This document shows, piece by piece, positions 24,882 to 35,304 of a stretch of DNA of 64,000 nt; position 1 is the first letter of the stretch, and each line of letters starts with the position of its first letter. Source of the DNA: a virus (taxonomy: Duplodnaviria; Heunggongvirae; Uroviricota; Caudoviricetes); the IMG/VR virus record IMGVR_UViG_3300038548_000082, positions 30,889 through 94,888 of that record. One strand, given 5' to 3'. A model generated the notes under the pieces. The model saw only the letters and a program-made list of their open reading frames with translations. It was not told the DNA's origin and did not search any database. A program made the position numbers and the translations under genes.

Positions 24882-25031
24882 AATCCACTAGATAGAACAC
24901 CAAACCCTTGTTAAACGACAGACGGAGGTGAACAGACGGCTTAGTATGCGTCATATCTTGGCTTGCAGGAAAGACTGCTATAAGGCTCGTCGTGAGACGC
25001 CCTGCCCCACCCACTACTTATTAAGGTTCTC

Positions 25032-26600
25032 ATGAGTGCTAATGTTTACAGACCCCAAGAGGGTGCTCAAGAAATAGCTATGAATGCTCCACAGGACATC
25101 GTAATTTATGGTGGGGCTGCTGGTTCTGGTAAAACGCACTTAATGCTACTTAGACCACTATTACAAATTCACGATCCAAAATTTAATGCTATCTTCTTCC
25201 GTAGAACAGGCCCTCAGTTATCTGGTGCTGGTTCTGTATGGGATGAGGCTAAACAACTTTATTCGGAATTCGGAGCACGTATCCGAGAGAATGATAGAGA
25301 GATCATCTTCCCCTCAGGTGCGAAGATTAAGTTTTCTCACATGGAACACGAAAAGAACAAAATAGACCACCAAGGTAAGCAGTATACTCATGTCTACTTT
25401 GATGAAGGTACACACTTTACTCAAGGCCAAATAACATATCTTATGTCTCGACTGCGTTCGGCAGCTGAGGTAAAGAGTTCTATGTTTATTTCTTGTAACC
25501 CTGATCCTGATAGCTTCATCGCCCAATTAATTGATTGGTGGTTAGATGAAGATGGCTTCCCAGATAAAAAGAAGTCAGGAGTTACCAAGTATTATGGTAG
25601 TGTCAAGAACGACATATACTTTACAGATACTGAAGAGGAGATGGCTGAACTGTATCCACAAGTTTGCTGGGTATGGAATCCGTTAACAGAAAAAAAGATT
25701 TACGTACCACCAAAGACTATCACCTTTATAGGTGGGACTATCTTTGATAACCCTGCCTTGATTATGGCTAACCCTAACTATCTTGCTGAGCTTAACGCTT
25801 TGCCTCAGATAGAGAAGGATCGTTTATTACATGGTAACTGGTATGCTAGACCTGAAGGTTCCTCACATTTCCAGAGGAAATGGTTAACAGTTGTAGATCG
25901 AGTTCCAGAGTCAGCTATTAATTGCAGAGCTTGGGATAAGGCAGCTACAGAACCTTCTGAAAAGAATACTCACCCAGATTATACAGCCTCTATAAGAATG
26001 GCTAAAGATCGTCATGGTTTCTTCTACTTGATAGGAGACTTTCAGGAAGATAACTATGATAAAAAAGATTGTAAACAGAATAAGGTACTTGGACGATTCA
26101 GAGAACGTTCCGGTAGGCGAGACGTACTGATACATAAACAAACGGAACACGATGGTAGTAGTTGCACTGTAGTCTTTTCACAAGACCCCGGTTCAGCTGG
26201 TATAACGGAATTCACAGAATCCGCTAAGAAACTTATTTGTGAGGGATACGTGGTTAAAAAAGATCCTATGCCCACACAAAGTGGTAAGCTCACTAGATAC
26301 CTACCTTTTTCAAGTGCAGCAGAGAATGGACTTGTTTACTTAGTCAAAAACACTTTCAACCCTGCAACACTAGAAGCATTCTTTAAGGAGAATGAAGCTT
26401 TTGATGGGGAGAGGTCTAGTGACCACAGGAAAGATGATTGGCCTGATACAGTTGCTTCTGCTTTTAATCACTTATCCTCTGCACGAACAGTTAGATTGGT
26501 ATGTCGTAACCAAAACAGAACGAGTACGATGGCTTCAGAAATACTCGCTACAGAGTCTGTTAAGGTTTCCGATCTTGAACGGATGGATATGAAAATTTAA
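25032..26600 (+). CDS. terL: terminase large subunit
   Basis: Walker A GGAAGSGKT near N-terminus; 522 aa; position upstream of portal. Confidence 0.85.
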   Translation: MSANVYRPQEGAQEIAMNAPQDIVIYGGAAGSGKTHLMLLRPLLQIHDPKFNAIFFRRTGPQLSGAGSVWDEAKQLYSEFGARIRENDREIIFPSGAKIKFSHMEHEKNKIDHQGKQYTHVYFDEGTHFTQGQITYLMSRLRSAAEVKSSMFISCNPDPDSFIAQLIDWWLDEDGFPDKKKSGVTKYYGSVKNDIYFTDTEEEMAELYPQVCWVWNPLTEKKIYVPPKTITFIGGTIFDNPALIMANPNYLAELNALPQIEKDRLLHGNWYARPEGSSHFQRKWLTVVDRVPESAINCRAWDKAATEPSEKNTHPDYTASIRMAKDRHGFFYLIGDFQEDNYDKKDCKQNKVLGRFRERSGRRDVLIHKQTEHDGSSCTVVFSQDPGSAGITEFTESAKKLICEGYVVKKDPMPTQSGKLTRYLPFSSAAENGLVYLVKNTFNPATLEAFFKENEAFDGERSSDHRKDDWPDTVASAFNHLSSARTVRLVCRNQNRTSTMASEILATESVKVSDLERMDMKI

Positions 26601-26628
26601 AATAATTTAAACAAAGGGGTCACAATTA

Positions 26629-27111
26629 ATGACACAAGAGAATAAACCAGATCGCCTAGTAATCTTATCTAAAGGTTTCGGCGCACGTTTTGAAAAAGAA
26701 TTCTTCCTGCGAATCCAAGAAGCATTTGATGGTGGTTATCGTATCGCAGAAACAGATCTACGTGATGACGTATCTATGCGTAATTTCCGTGGGCATCAGG
26801 GACGTGCTGTATTGTATCTAGAAGGTACTGCTCCTGAGAAGTGGACCCCAGTGGTTGTTAAAGCCGAGGCTGAACTGGTAAAGGACAAAGCACCTATTGT
26901 TAAAGAAGAAGTTAAAGAAGTGGCAACAGGTGCAGCAGAGAATAAGCCACTTTCCTCTCTTGAAGAACTAAACACACTATCAAAGGCTAAAGAGCTTAAA
27001 GAGTTCGCTGTTAAGCACAAGATAGAACTTCCAAACGATGTTAAGGCTGCTAAAGCTATCAAGAAGTTTCTCCAAGATAATCTAGAAGCTCTGGATGCTC
27101 CAGAATCTTAA
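26629..27111 (+). CDS. hypothetical protein (C-terminal HeH/SAP-like helix pair)
   Basis: ORF track. Confidence 0.45.
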   Translation: MTQENKPDRLVILSKGFGARFEKEFFLRIQEAFDGGYRIAETDLRDDVSMRNFRGHQGRAVLYLEGTAPEKWTPVVVKAEAELVKDKAPIVKEEVKEVATGAAENKPLSSLEELNTLSKAKELKEFAVKHKIELPNDVKAAKAIKKFLQDNLEALDAPES

Positions 27112-27142
27112 TCAATAAACCCTCTGTCACAGGATAGATAAT

Positions 27143-28762
27143 ATGTCTGATATAGAAAAGGCAGAGAGTACTAGTACAGTGGTGACCCGTCCCCTTACAG
27201 AGAAGGGTCAACCTCAAATACTGACATCAACCCGCTTTATACAAGACCAACGAAAAGTTGACTTGGTAATGCCTAAACGTCTATGTACGTTCGATAAGAT
27301 GGCAGAGGATGATGCTGTAGCTAACTCTATAGATGTTACCAACATCTTGGTAACCACTGCAATAAAGAATGGGGAGTTTGTTTCTCCTAGTGGAAGTGCA
27401 TCTAGTAAGTTAGCAGCAGACTTTCTTAATTACGCAATCAGGAATCTAACTTCAGGTACTTGGTTAGAGTCTGTGAATAACTCTACTACTGATCTTCAGT
27501 ATGGCTTCTCATTACAAAACATTGTAGTGGAAACTAGAAGAACTGGTCAGTTCGCTGGCGCTAAAGTCCTTAAGAAACTATCCCCACGAGATCAAAAGTC
27601 AGTTTTTGGTTGGGTCTGGGATAAAAGTTTACGAGATTTAAAAGGTTTTGTACAGAAGCCTAACAGGGTACAACTCAGAGAACCTAAAGCATCACAATTC
27701 GAGAACGGGATTTTACTTTCTAGTATTTCAGGGGGTTTGTTAAGACCTCGATACCCGTTTATTAGTAAACAACAAATGCTTCACTTCAGGCATAACCCTA
27801 CTAACAATAATCCACAAGGCGACTCCCCATTAACTCATATCTATGATGCGTGGCTGGAAAAGAAACTTGTAGAACGTTACGAAGTAGTGGGTGTATCTAA
27901 AGACCTTGGTGGGGCTGTCGTATTACGAGTTCCATCTGAGTTAGTAGAACGAGCTAACGATCCTGTAACCTACCCTGTTGAAGCAGCTGAGTATTCGCAA
28001 CTTCAAAAAGACGCAGGCGCATTACACGCTGGTGAATCTAGTTTTATTGTTTTGACCTCAGATGTGGATGAAAACACAAAGACGCCTTTATTCGATTTCG
28101 AATTAAAAGGTATTGATGGTGGTGGTAAGCAGTACAACACTTCTGACATTATTGATCAGAAGCGTAAAAGTATTTACAACATGTTTGGTACTGGTTTTCT
28201 ATTAACTGGTCAATCTGGGCATGGCTCTAACGCTCTATCATCTAACCAAATGACTACTCATGACTACTATGTTAATCGTAGTGTTATGTGGAAAGAAGAT
28301 GTTATCAACACCCAATTGGCACCACGTCTTCTTGCAATAAACAACATAAAGTTAGATTGGAAAGACATGCCGGTGTTTAAGTCAGCTGATCCTTCCAAAC
28401 CTGACCTAGATGTTGTTTCTAAAGTGTTACAACGTGCTGACTCAGTTAATGCTCTAACACCTAAAGCGTTTGAGTCTTTATACGCAGATGCTGGGTGGAG
28501 CACTGACGGGCTAGAGGAGTTCCTTGATAAGCGGGCTGCTGATGCAGAGGCTGCTGCTACAGCTGTTAACGAAAGTAAAGCTGGTGGTGCTAACGGTGGA
28601 ACAAGCGGTACAGGTAACTCTCAAAGCGGTAAATCTGGTGGCTCTAACACTAATAACAGTGTTGCTAAGAGCTTAAGAGTTGAAGGTGATAGAATCATCG
28701 ACAATGATACTGATGAAGTAGTTAACCTTGAAGAATTAGACGATGAAGGTAACTACAAATAA
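27143..28762 (+). CDS. portal protein
   Basis: 539 aa, follows terL; glycine-rich C-terminus. Confidence 0.75.
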   Translation: MSDIEKAESTSTVVTRPLTEKGQPQILTSTRFIQDQRKVDLVMPKRLCTFDKMAEDDAVANSIDVTNILVTTAIKNGEFVSPSGSASSKLAADFLNYAIRNLTSGTWLESVNNSTTDLQYGFSLQNIVVETRRTGQFAGAKVLKKLSPRDQKSVFGWVWDKSLRDLKGFVQKPNRVQLREPKASQFENGILLSSISGGLLRPRYPFISKQQMLHFRHNPTNNNPQGDSPLTHIYDAWLEKKLVERYEVVGVSKDLGGAVVLRVPSELVERANDPVTYPVEAAEYSQLQKDAGALHAGESSFIVLTSDVDENTKTPLFDFELKGIDGGGKQYNTSDIIDQKRKSIYNMFGTGFLLTGQSGHGSNALSSNQMTTHDYYVNRSVMWKEDVINTQLAPRLLAINNIKLDWKDMPVFKSADPSKPDLDVVSKVLQRADSVNALTPKAFESLYADAGWSTDGLEEFLDKRAADAEAAATAVNESKAGGANGGTSGTGNSQSGKSGGSNTNNSVAKSLRVEGDRIIDNDTDEVVNLEELDDEGNYK

Positions 28763-28789
28763 CCCCTTTAAAAGAGAGCAAACAATTAT

Positions 28790-30169
28790 ATGAATATTAA
28801 TGTAGATAAAGCTACGGTGGAAAATCAACGCCGTTTACTGTCAGATGCGGTTACTGATGGGTGGGTAACAGACTTTGATCTTGATAGTAGTGAGGTGTTT
28901 ATTGAAAGATGGCAGGGGGATAAACATAGAACATTCCGCCACACTTTCACTATGACAGATACCTCAGTGGAAATTTCTGAAGATAGTACAGAGGTTATAC
29001 GAACTACTGATTTTAAAGATGTTGAGAAATCTCTAGAAGTACCTGTCACAGAAAGTAAACTTATGGCTATACTAGACAAGTTCTTCGGTGGCTCTAAGCG
29101 ACAGGTTAACGTTATCAAGCAGTTTGGTGATGACAGCGAAATGTATTGTATCGAGCCTCTTTATACTGCTCCCGGTGAGACAGATGGTCATGGCGATGTC
29201 ATGGATCTGGAAGGTCTTACTGGAATGGTTGACAGCATTAACAAAGCTAATGACGAAGGCCGTTTGCAGAATGGTTTGTTTCACAAGCACAAGACAAACG
29301 TATGGTCTCTTGAGAAAGCTTGGATCAACCCTACCGAATGTATGATCGGAGACACATTGGTTCCTGAAGGTCAGCCTATTGCTAAGACAGTCTTCAATAA
29401 CGAACGTGCTTTCCAAATGCGTGTTGATGGTGATATCTCTGGACTTAGTATCGGAGCACGAGCGACAGGTACTGTTGATCTGACTAAAGATCTAGCCGAC
29501 ATCCAAGCACGTCCTACAGCTGTTCGTAAGCTACTAGGTGTACACTTCGACTGGGATCACCCAGAACTAACATACACAAGTCCTTCTCAAGGAGGAGCAG
29601 CCAGTTTGAAAAACGAATCATACGAAATTAGCAAGGCCAAGAAAGCTACAATCAAAGACCTTGATAAAGAACAAACATTAATCTTGAAAGAGATTGATGA
29701 AGAATTTGTCTCACTTGAAAAACATTTAGGTGTAGATGATAACCAGACCCCTTCTTCCTCGGCTGAGGCTAAGGTTGGGGAAGATAACCAAGTAACTAAA
29801 GGTACTAATATGACTGACGTAACTCGTGAAGAGTTTGAAGCCCTTCAAAAGGCACTGGCAGTTTCTGAGGCAGTAAACGCATTAAGTGGGTACGGTTTTG
29901 AAACTGATATTAATAAAGCCGTAGCTGGCGCTATCGCTGCTCTGGACGACGAAGGTAAGGAAGCTGTTACAAAAGCTTTCGATGCACTTGTAGCTCGTAC
30001 AGAAGCAGAAGTAGAAAAAGCTAAAGCAGCTACCCCTGAAGAAGAAAGCGAACTGTCAAAAGCTCTCTCTAAAGAAGCTGGTGAAGGTGGTGAAGCAGAG
30101 GAGCCTGTTGAAAAATCTCTTGCAGAACGTGCTCGTGACGCCCAAGATAAAATGAAAGGAGATAAGTAA
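28790..30169 (+). CDS. prohead protease / scaffolding protein (Mu gpI-like)
   Basis: Position; C-terminal acidic coiled-coil scaffold-like segment. Confidence 0.55.
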   Translation: MNINVDKATVENQRRLLSDAVTDGWVTDFDLDSSEVFIERWQGDKHRTFRHTFTMTDTSVEISEDSTEVIRTTDFKDVEKSLEVPVTESKLMAILDKFFGGSKRQVNVIKQFGDDSEMYCIEPLYTAPGETDGHGDVMDLEGLTGMVDSINKANDEGRLQNGLFHKHKTNVWSLEKAWINPTECMIGDTLVPEGQPIAKTVFNNERAFQMRVDGDISGLSIGARATGTVDLTKDLADIQARPTAVRKLLGVHFDWDHPELTYTSPSQGGAASLKNESYEISKAKKATIKDLDKEQTLILKEIDEEFVSLEKHLGVDDNQTPSSSAEAKVGEDNQVTKGTNMTDVTREEFEALQKALAVSEAVNALSGYGFETDINKAVAGAIAALDDEGKEAVTKAFDALVARTEAEVEKAKAATPEEESELSKALSKEAGEGGEAEEPVEKSLAERARDAQDKMKGDK

Positions 30170-30837
30170 TGCCAGTTAACGCTACCGCTCGTAAATTCCT
30201 AACCGATCTAGTAAAAGCTGTTGATAACTTCGCTGAAGATACAGCTGTTCGTTTTAATTTTGAAACCGTAGGTGTAGAAGGTTCTGGTGATGTCGATAAC
30301 ATTGGTATTCCTCTGTTGTGGGACGAAACTGCCGCTGCATTCCTAGAACTAGCTGCTCCTGCTGATTGGACTGCTAGTGTCGTTACTGCTGTTGGGGATG
30401 TTGTCAAGCCCACTACTCGTGACGGTAATGAGTACGTTTGTACTGTAGCCGGTACTACTAATGACACTGAAGGTGAGCCTACTTGGGTCACAACCCTTGG
30501 TGGTGAAACTATCGAAACTGATTTAGTACAATGGACAGCTCGTAAAGCTTACGCTGTAGATTCCGCAGGTACATCACCTCTTAAGAACAAGTCCCGTATC
30601 GCTGTAACTGTAGGTGATCTGTTCGGAGTAGGTTTCAACAAGAAAGATACAACTCTGTCAGGTACTCCTGTAAATATGACAGTTATTTATCGTGGTGAAG
30701 CTGCCTTGATTAATGAAGGCTTTATCTGGGGAAGTGTTGCAGCTGCCGACCAAGCTGAGTTCTTATTAGCTCTGGAAGACGCTCGTATCACAACTATCAC
30801 CAATGCTGAAGTTGTTTCTCCAACATTCACTTCTTAA
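30169..30837 (+). CDS. head protein (possible decoration protein)
   Basis: Position between scaffold and major capsid gene. Confidence 0.4.
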   Translation: MPVNATARKFLTDLVKAVDNFAEDTAVRFNFETVGVEGSGDVDNIGIPLLWDETAAAFLELAAPADWTASVVTAVGDVVKPTTRDGNEYVCTVAGTTNDTEGEPTWVTTLGGETIETDLVQWTARKAYAVDSAGTSPLKNKSRIAVTVGDLFGVGFNKKDTTLSGTPVNMTVIYRGEAALINEGFIWGSVAAADQAEFLLALEDARITTITNAEVVSPTFTS

Positions 30838-30854
30838 TTTAAGGATAACAATAC

Positions 30855-31937
30855 ATGAAAATTGAACAAAGTGGAATCGAATTCGATAAGGCGCTAAGCC
30901 CTGCACAAGGAAGCGATTTTGAGATGGAGGACGTAAGTCCTCTCGTGGAACGAACTGAGGTCTCTCCGGGCCTCTTGACTGCCCTTTTAGGTGGGATGAC
31001 TAACGATGTTTTCCTAGAAACTAATACCATCAAGTATGATGAACTGGATGACACCGCTCAGTTGCCTGACGGTAAGGCGTTTGATGCTTACGGTCCAGAC
31101 ATTCAGAAAGACAAAGCTCGTCAGTTAATCTACGAAGTAGGTTCTTTCGGGATTCGTTCTAACGTAGCTCCTAAGGATTACGCAAATAAGCGTGTTCCCG
31201 GTACACAGGAACTAATGGATGAAGCATACCTGTTAGGTCGTATGAACATGAAGGCTGAGAAGTCTTGGGCAATGTTCGATGAGCTGGCTTTTGCTCAGCT
31301 ACTGACTCTGGATACAAACATCACTCGTGGTGGTCCTCAGCCAGTATACAACTACCATACAGATATTCTGGGTGGTGCTCGTCCCGCTAAGATCTCTATG
31401 AACTTGGCTGGTTCTGTAGATCACTTCCAACTGTTTGCTGAGCAACTTGACTTGCTGGAAACTGACGTTGAGAAGACCAACAACACTATGGATATGCCAG
31501 TGGTTATCTGTGGTAAGGACTTCTTCAACACACGTCTGACTATTGAGAAGCAAGAAGGACTAGCCCGTGATATGCGTGGTATCCTTGATCTGCAAACAAT
31601 GGGTGTACCAACTAGTAGCTTCGGTTCTGGTAATGGTCGTTTCCAATATCAGTGGTTCGATTCTTTCGACGGTCTACGTTACATCCGTTACAGTGCCTCT
31701 ATTCTGGGTACTAAGATGATCGGTGACGACGATGCTTACTTGATCCCTATCGGTGCTGAAACGTTCATGAAACGTGCTTATGCTCCTGCTCAGACACGTA
31801 CATACGTTAATACCACTGCTCAGAAGCGTTATGCTTGGAGTCGTGAGCATGAGCGTAATGGCGTAACAATGAATCAGGAAAGTAATTGCCTTCCTATCGA
31901 CGTGAATCCACAACTGATTCGTGCGTTGACTGTTTAA
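30855..31937 (+). CDS. major capsid protein
   Basis: 360 aa, position, followed by strong terminator. Confidence 0.65.
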   Translation: MKIEQSGIEFDKALSPAQGSDFEMEDVSPLVERTEVSPGLLTALLGGMTNDVFLETNTIKYDELDDTAQLPDGKAFDAYGPDIQKDKARQLIYEVGSFGIRSNVAPKDYANKRVPGTQELMDEAYLLGRMNMKAEKSWAMFDELAFAQLLTLDTNITRGGPQPVYNYHTDILGGARPAKISMNLAGSVDHFQLFAEQLDLLETDVEKTNNTMDMPVVICGKDFFNTRLTIEKQEGLARDMRGILDLQTMGVPTSSFGSGNGRFQYQWFDSFDGLRYIRYSASILGTKMIGDDDAYLIPIGAETFMKRAYAPAQTRTYVNTTAQKRYAWSREHERNGVTMNQESNCLPIDVNPQLIRALTV

Positions 31938-31957
31938 TCACAGGTTCAGCTTTAACA

Positions 31958-31990
31958 AAAGAGCTACAATTAAGTAGCTCTTTTTGCTAT
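31958..31990 (+). terminator. rho-independent terminator after capsid gene
   Basis: AAAGAGCTAC-AATTAA-GTAGCTCTTT + TTTTT. Confidence 0.65.
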
Positions 31991-32028
31991 TTGTTTTTCA
32001 TAAAGAATAAATAGCAAAAATCATATTC

Positions 32029-32547
32029 TTGGAGGAAACCGTGGCAACAATAGATAGAGCACAATTACTAACAGAGGAAAAGGTATGGTTGCCAACTGAC
32101 AATGTCTTAACTGATGCCCATATGAACGCGATTAACGAAAGTGTCATCGCTAATCAAATTCCTGCTGATAACGATGTATATTTTGCTGAAGCATTATGTA
32201 AAGGTCTTAGAGCAATAGCTTTCGCTAATAAATCAAAGTTCCAAGTAGATTCCAAAGGTATAAAGAAAGAGAAAGTCGGTGATGTTGAGGTAGAGAAATT
32301 CGCATCAACAGGTTCAGATCCTTGGGGCGACTTTATTAAGTCATTAGTAGACCTTTGTCCTCTCTTTGGTTTCACAGGATTGAAGAATGCAGGCCCAACA
32401 AGTATCGGTATGCAAATCAGCCCTAGTGACGGATTCAAAATTACTGATGAAGCAAATGCTGATAGTCTTATAGATGTAGATATCACTTGCCCCAACACAG
32501 GTACTTCCTCAGTATTAAGGGATGATACAGGGTTATTAACCCTCTAG
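32029..32547 (+). CDS. hypothetical virion-associated protein
   Basis: ORF track. Confidence 0.45.
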   Translation: MEETVATIDRAQLLTEEKVWLPTDNVLTDAHMNAINESVIANQIPADNDVYFAEALCKGLRAIAFANKSKFQVDSKGIKKEKVGDVEVEKFASTGSDPWGDFIKSLVDLCPLFGFTGLKNAGPTSIGMQISPSDGFKITDEANADSLIDVDITCPNTGTSSVLRDDTGLLTL

Positions 32548-32620
32548 TGTAAACACACTAAAGAGACATACAACTGATATGTCCATTGAAGATAAATATT
32601 AACAGATATAGGATAATAAA

Positions 32621-32875
32621 ATGGTTACTCGCGCATACCTTCAAGACCCAGCTTCAGATGTAATTCCAGTAACTAAAGCTGACGCTGATCTCCCAGACGG
32701 TGTATGTAAAGCCCTCCTGATTGGTTCAGCTGGTACTCTCAATGTCCAAATGCTTGGCATAGATGGTGTAGCTGTCACCAGAGCTAGTTTACCTTTAGAA
32801 GCAGGGATATACCCTTTCCAGTGCGTACAAGTACGAACAGGTGGGACAGCAGATAATATCCACGCTATTTACTAA
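32621..32875 (+). CDS. hypothetical protein
   Basis: ORF track. Confidence 0.4.
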   Translation: MVTRAYLQDPASDVIPVTKADADLPDGVCKALLIGSAGTLNVQMLGIDGVAVTRASLPLEAGIYPFQCVQVRTGGTADNIHAIY

Positions 32876-33048
32876 GGGGTTTAACTATGAAATTAAATAG
32901 GATGCTATCTTTTAGACTAGGATTCTTTCCAACAAAAAATTACACTGATGGTATAGGTTTACTTTTAAACTGGATTTTGACCACAGGTTTTTGGGTTGAT
33001 GATAATATTTGGCTGGATGAAGCCCTATGGAATGATGGAGTATAATAA

Positions 33049-34407
33049 ATGGCGAAGATAACACCAGTAACCAATGGGTTACAAGGTCTAACAACTAGAA
33101 CTCAGCTTAACGAGGCTATGAAAACTGTTGAGGTATCCTCTAAGTTTTCTGGCGATGGTTCTGAAGGTAGTACCTTAGATATTGATAATATTCCTTGGGG
33201 AACTCTTAACGGCACTTTGAGTAATCAGACTGACCTACAAACTGCTCTTGATGCAAAACAAATAGCATATCAAAAACAAGTTGTAGTTAACTCTATGTCT
33301 GATTTCCCAGCACCAGTGACTGGGGTTATTACCTTAGTAGCTGATACTAGATATTTAATTGCAAACGACTTAACAACAAGTGATCGTTTTGTATTACCAA
33401 ATAACTGTACTCTTAAAGGGTTATCAACCAACGTATCTACTATGACTTATACTGGTACGGGAGATATGTTCACTTGGGTCAATTCTGGAATCATTTTAGA
33501 AGATTTCATTATTGTAGCAGCTTTAGGAAGGGTTATTAATGCTAGCAACACTGGACAAGTACTACGTTTTGAAAACATCGTAATCCTTGAGTGTGATCGT
33601 ATAGGGATTTTCGCAGGATCATCCTCACCTAGATTTACGTTTTTCACTTGTGTTGATGCTAAAACTGATGGAATTGAGTTTAGTGGAACATTTGCTAATG
33701 TACTTTATGGTCCGAGTTTGATGGTTCTTAATGGTGGAACTATGTTTAAACTAGGTTCATCTACCTTTGATTCTTTTACTGTAAATCCTATTGATATAAC
33801 TTTAGGTGTTGGTACAACATTTATTTCTGGCTTAGCTAACTCAGGTAACATTAACGTAGGTGGGACAGGACAAGTCCTTACAAGTAGATTCTCAGGCGCA
33901 GGTACAATCTTAGCAGATATAAACATCGACGATATACGTTGGGTGTTCGATAACAACGACGACATTTCTGATACTAACCCCGACTCGTTAATAGCGATAA
34001 CTGATAATGCTACCGAGACTGTTATCGCTAATCCAAGTACAGACGGAACAAACGCAGTTTTAGTTACAGGGACATGGGATTTAATTCGTGAGTCTCAGTA
34101 CTCTAGTACAGCTGCTGGGCGTGTAACTGCATTAGCACCGAGACCTATGGCGCAACCTGTAGATATCCAAGTGACAGCAGCAGCTGTATCAGGGACTAAC
34201 AAAGTTGTGGCTATATACTTAGCTGTAGATGGAGTTGTAATCCCAGCAGCTAGGAGTGTAAACAAGGTAGGTCAAAACGATCCAAGGACTTTTAGTATTC
34301 CTTGGCAGATCAACTTCACAACAGGTAAGTTTATTGAAGTCTTCGTTGAAAACCAATCAGATGCAGTAAACATTATAGTTACTGATGCGATCATTAGAGT
34401 AAGATAA
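33049..34407 (+). CDS. structural protein with predicted beta-helix repeats (fiber/depolymerase-like)
   Basis: Repetitive G/T/N/S-rich 452 aa typical of beta-helix fibers. Confidence 0.45.
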   Translation: MAKITPVTNGLQGLTTRTQLNEAMKTVEVSSKFSGDGSEGSTLDIDNIPWGTLNGTLSNQTDLQTALDAKQIAYQKQVVVNSMSDFPAPVTGVITLVADTRYLIANDLTTSDRFVLPNNCTLKGLSTNVSTMTYTGTGDMFTWVNSGIILEDFIIVAALGRVINASNTGQVLRFENIVILECDRIGIFAGSSSPRFTFFTCVDAKTDGIEFSGTFANVLYGPSLMVLNGGTMFKLGSSTFDSFTVNPIDITLGVGTTFISGLANSGNINVGGTGQVLTSRFSGAGTILADINIDDIRWVFDNNDDISDTNPDSLIAITDNATETVIANPSTDGTNAVLVTGTWDLIRESQYSSTAAGRVTALAPRPMAQPVDIQVTAAAVSGTNKVVAIYLAVDGVVIPAARSVNKVGQNDPRTFSIPWQINFTTGKFIEVFVENQSDAVNIIVTDAIIRVR

Positions 34408-34425
34408 ACAGTTTGTGGAGGAGCT

Positions 34426-34920
34426 ATGTCAGTTAGTTTTAAAATGAAAAAGGTTGGAAACAGCTTACAAAAAATCACACAGCAATTCCACAAGATTGAT
34501 AATGAATCGGTAGAGGTAGGACACTTTAAAGAACAAGGCACACACCCTTCGGGGTTCACCTATGCTCAACTAATGGCCTTACACCATAATGGCGGTAATC
34601 CATCGGGTAGTGCGCCTATCCCACCTAGGCCTGTCTTAGACTTACTATTCTTCAAGAATTCGAACCTCTCTGATCCAAAGTTTGCAGCTGCATTTAAAGC
34701 TTGGAGGGGGAGAACCTTAAGCGAAAGTTCTAATGGTATACTCCTAGCACAAATAGGAATTATCCTTAGGAAGAAAGAAAAGGCTATATTCGGATCATCA
34801 GCACTAGCCCCTAATGCGGTTCCTCCTAAAGACAGGAATGACCCTCTGGTAGACACTGGTGAACTTAGGTCTAAGGTCGCTTATAAGACCTCTATTAACA
34901 AACAAGTGAAGGAGGAGTAA
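34426..34920 (+). CDS. virion morphogenesis / head-tail joining protein
   Basis: Position. Confidence 0.4.
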   Translation: MSVSFKMKKVGNSLQKITQQFHKIDNESVEVGHFKEQGTHPSGFTYAQLMALHHNGGNPSGSAPIPPRPVLDLLFFKNSNLSDPKFAAAFKAWRGRTLSESSNGILLAQIGIILRKKEKAIFGSSALAPNAVPPKDRNDPLVDTGELRSKVAYKTSINKQVKEE

Positions 34921-35304
34921 TTGCTTAAACTATTAAAGACATCAACCCTCACAATAACAAGGGATAACGGTGGTGGTTTCTGGGATGATAAGGGGCGATG
35001 GACAGAAGACGCAACCCCAATTGACTTCGATATTCTATGTAGCATCCAGCCATTCAAGTTGGGGGATATACAGAAGGTACTCCCTGAGGGTATCACAACA
35101 AACGACGCAGTTATTGTCAGAACTAAAACAAGCTTAAAGACTTCAGAGCAGATCGGAGTTAAAGAGAAGGCAGATACAACCAACCTTGATGGGTTCACGT
35201 ATGAAGCCTTCTTCTCTGAGAACTGGAGTCGCTTTGGACTTTCAACCGATCACTATAAAGTCACGTTTCTCCGTAAGGATCAACCATCTGGAGGTTCCTT
35301 ATGA
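34921..35304 (+). CDS. neck/tail completion protein (TTG start)
   Basis: ORF track. Confidence 0.4.
   Translation: MLKLLKTSTLTITRDNGGGFWDDKGRWTEDATPIDFDILCSIQPFKLGDIQKVLPEGITTNDAVIVRTKTSLKTSEQIGVKEKADTTNLDGFTYEAFFSENWSRFGLSTDHYKVTFLRKDQPSGGSL

Noticed and set aside
28825-29416. Antisense ORFs inside structural genes (for example 28825-29118, 29072-29416, 36160-36399, 39847-40098, 42562-43086, 43463-43954, 43982-44341)
   Set aside because: They lie fully inside long, well-supported sense-strand genes of a unidirectional operon, and their Ser/Thr/Ala-rich composition is typical of antisense artefacts.
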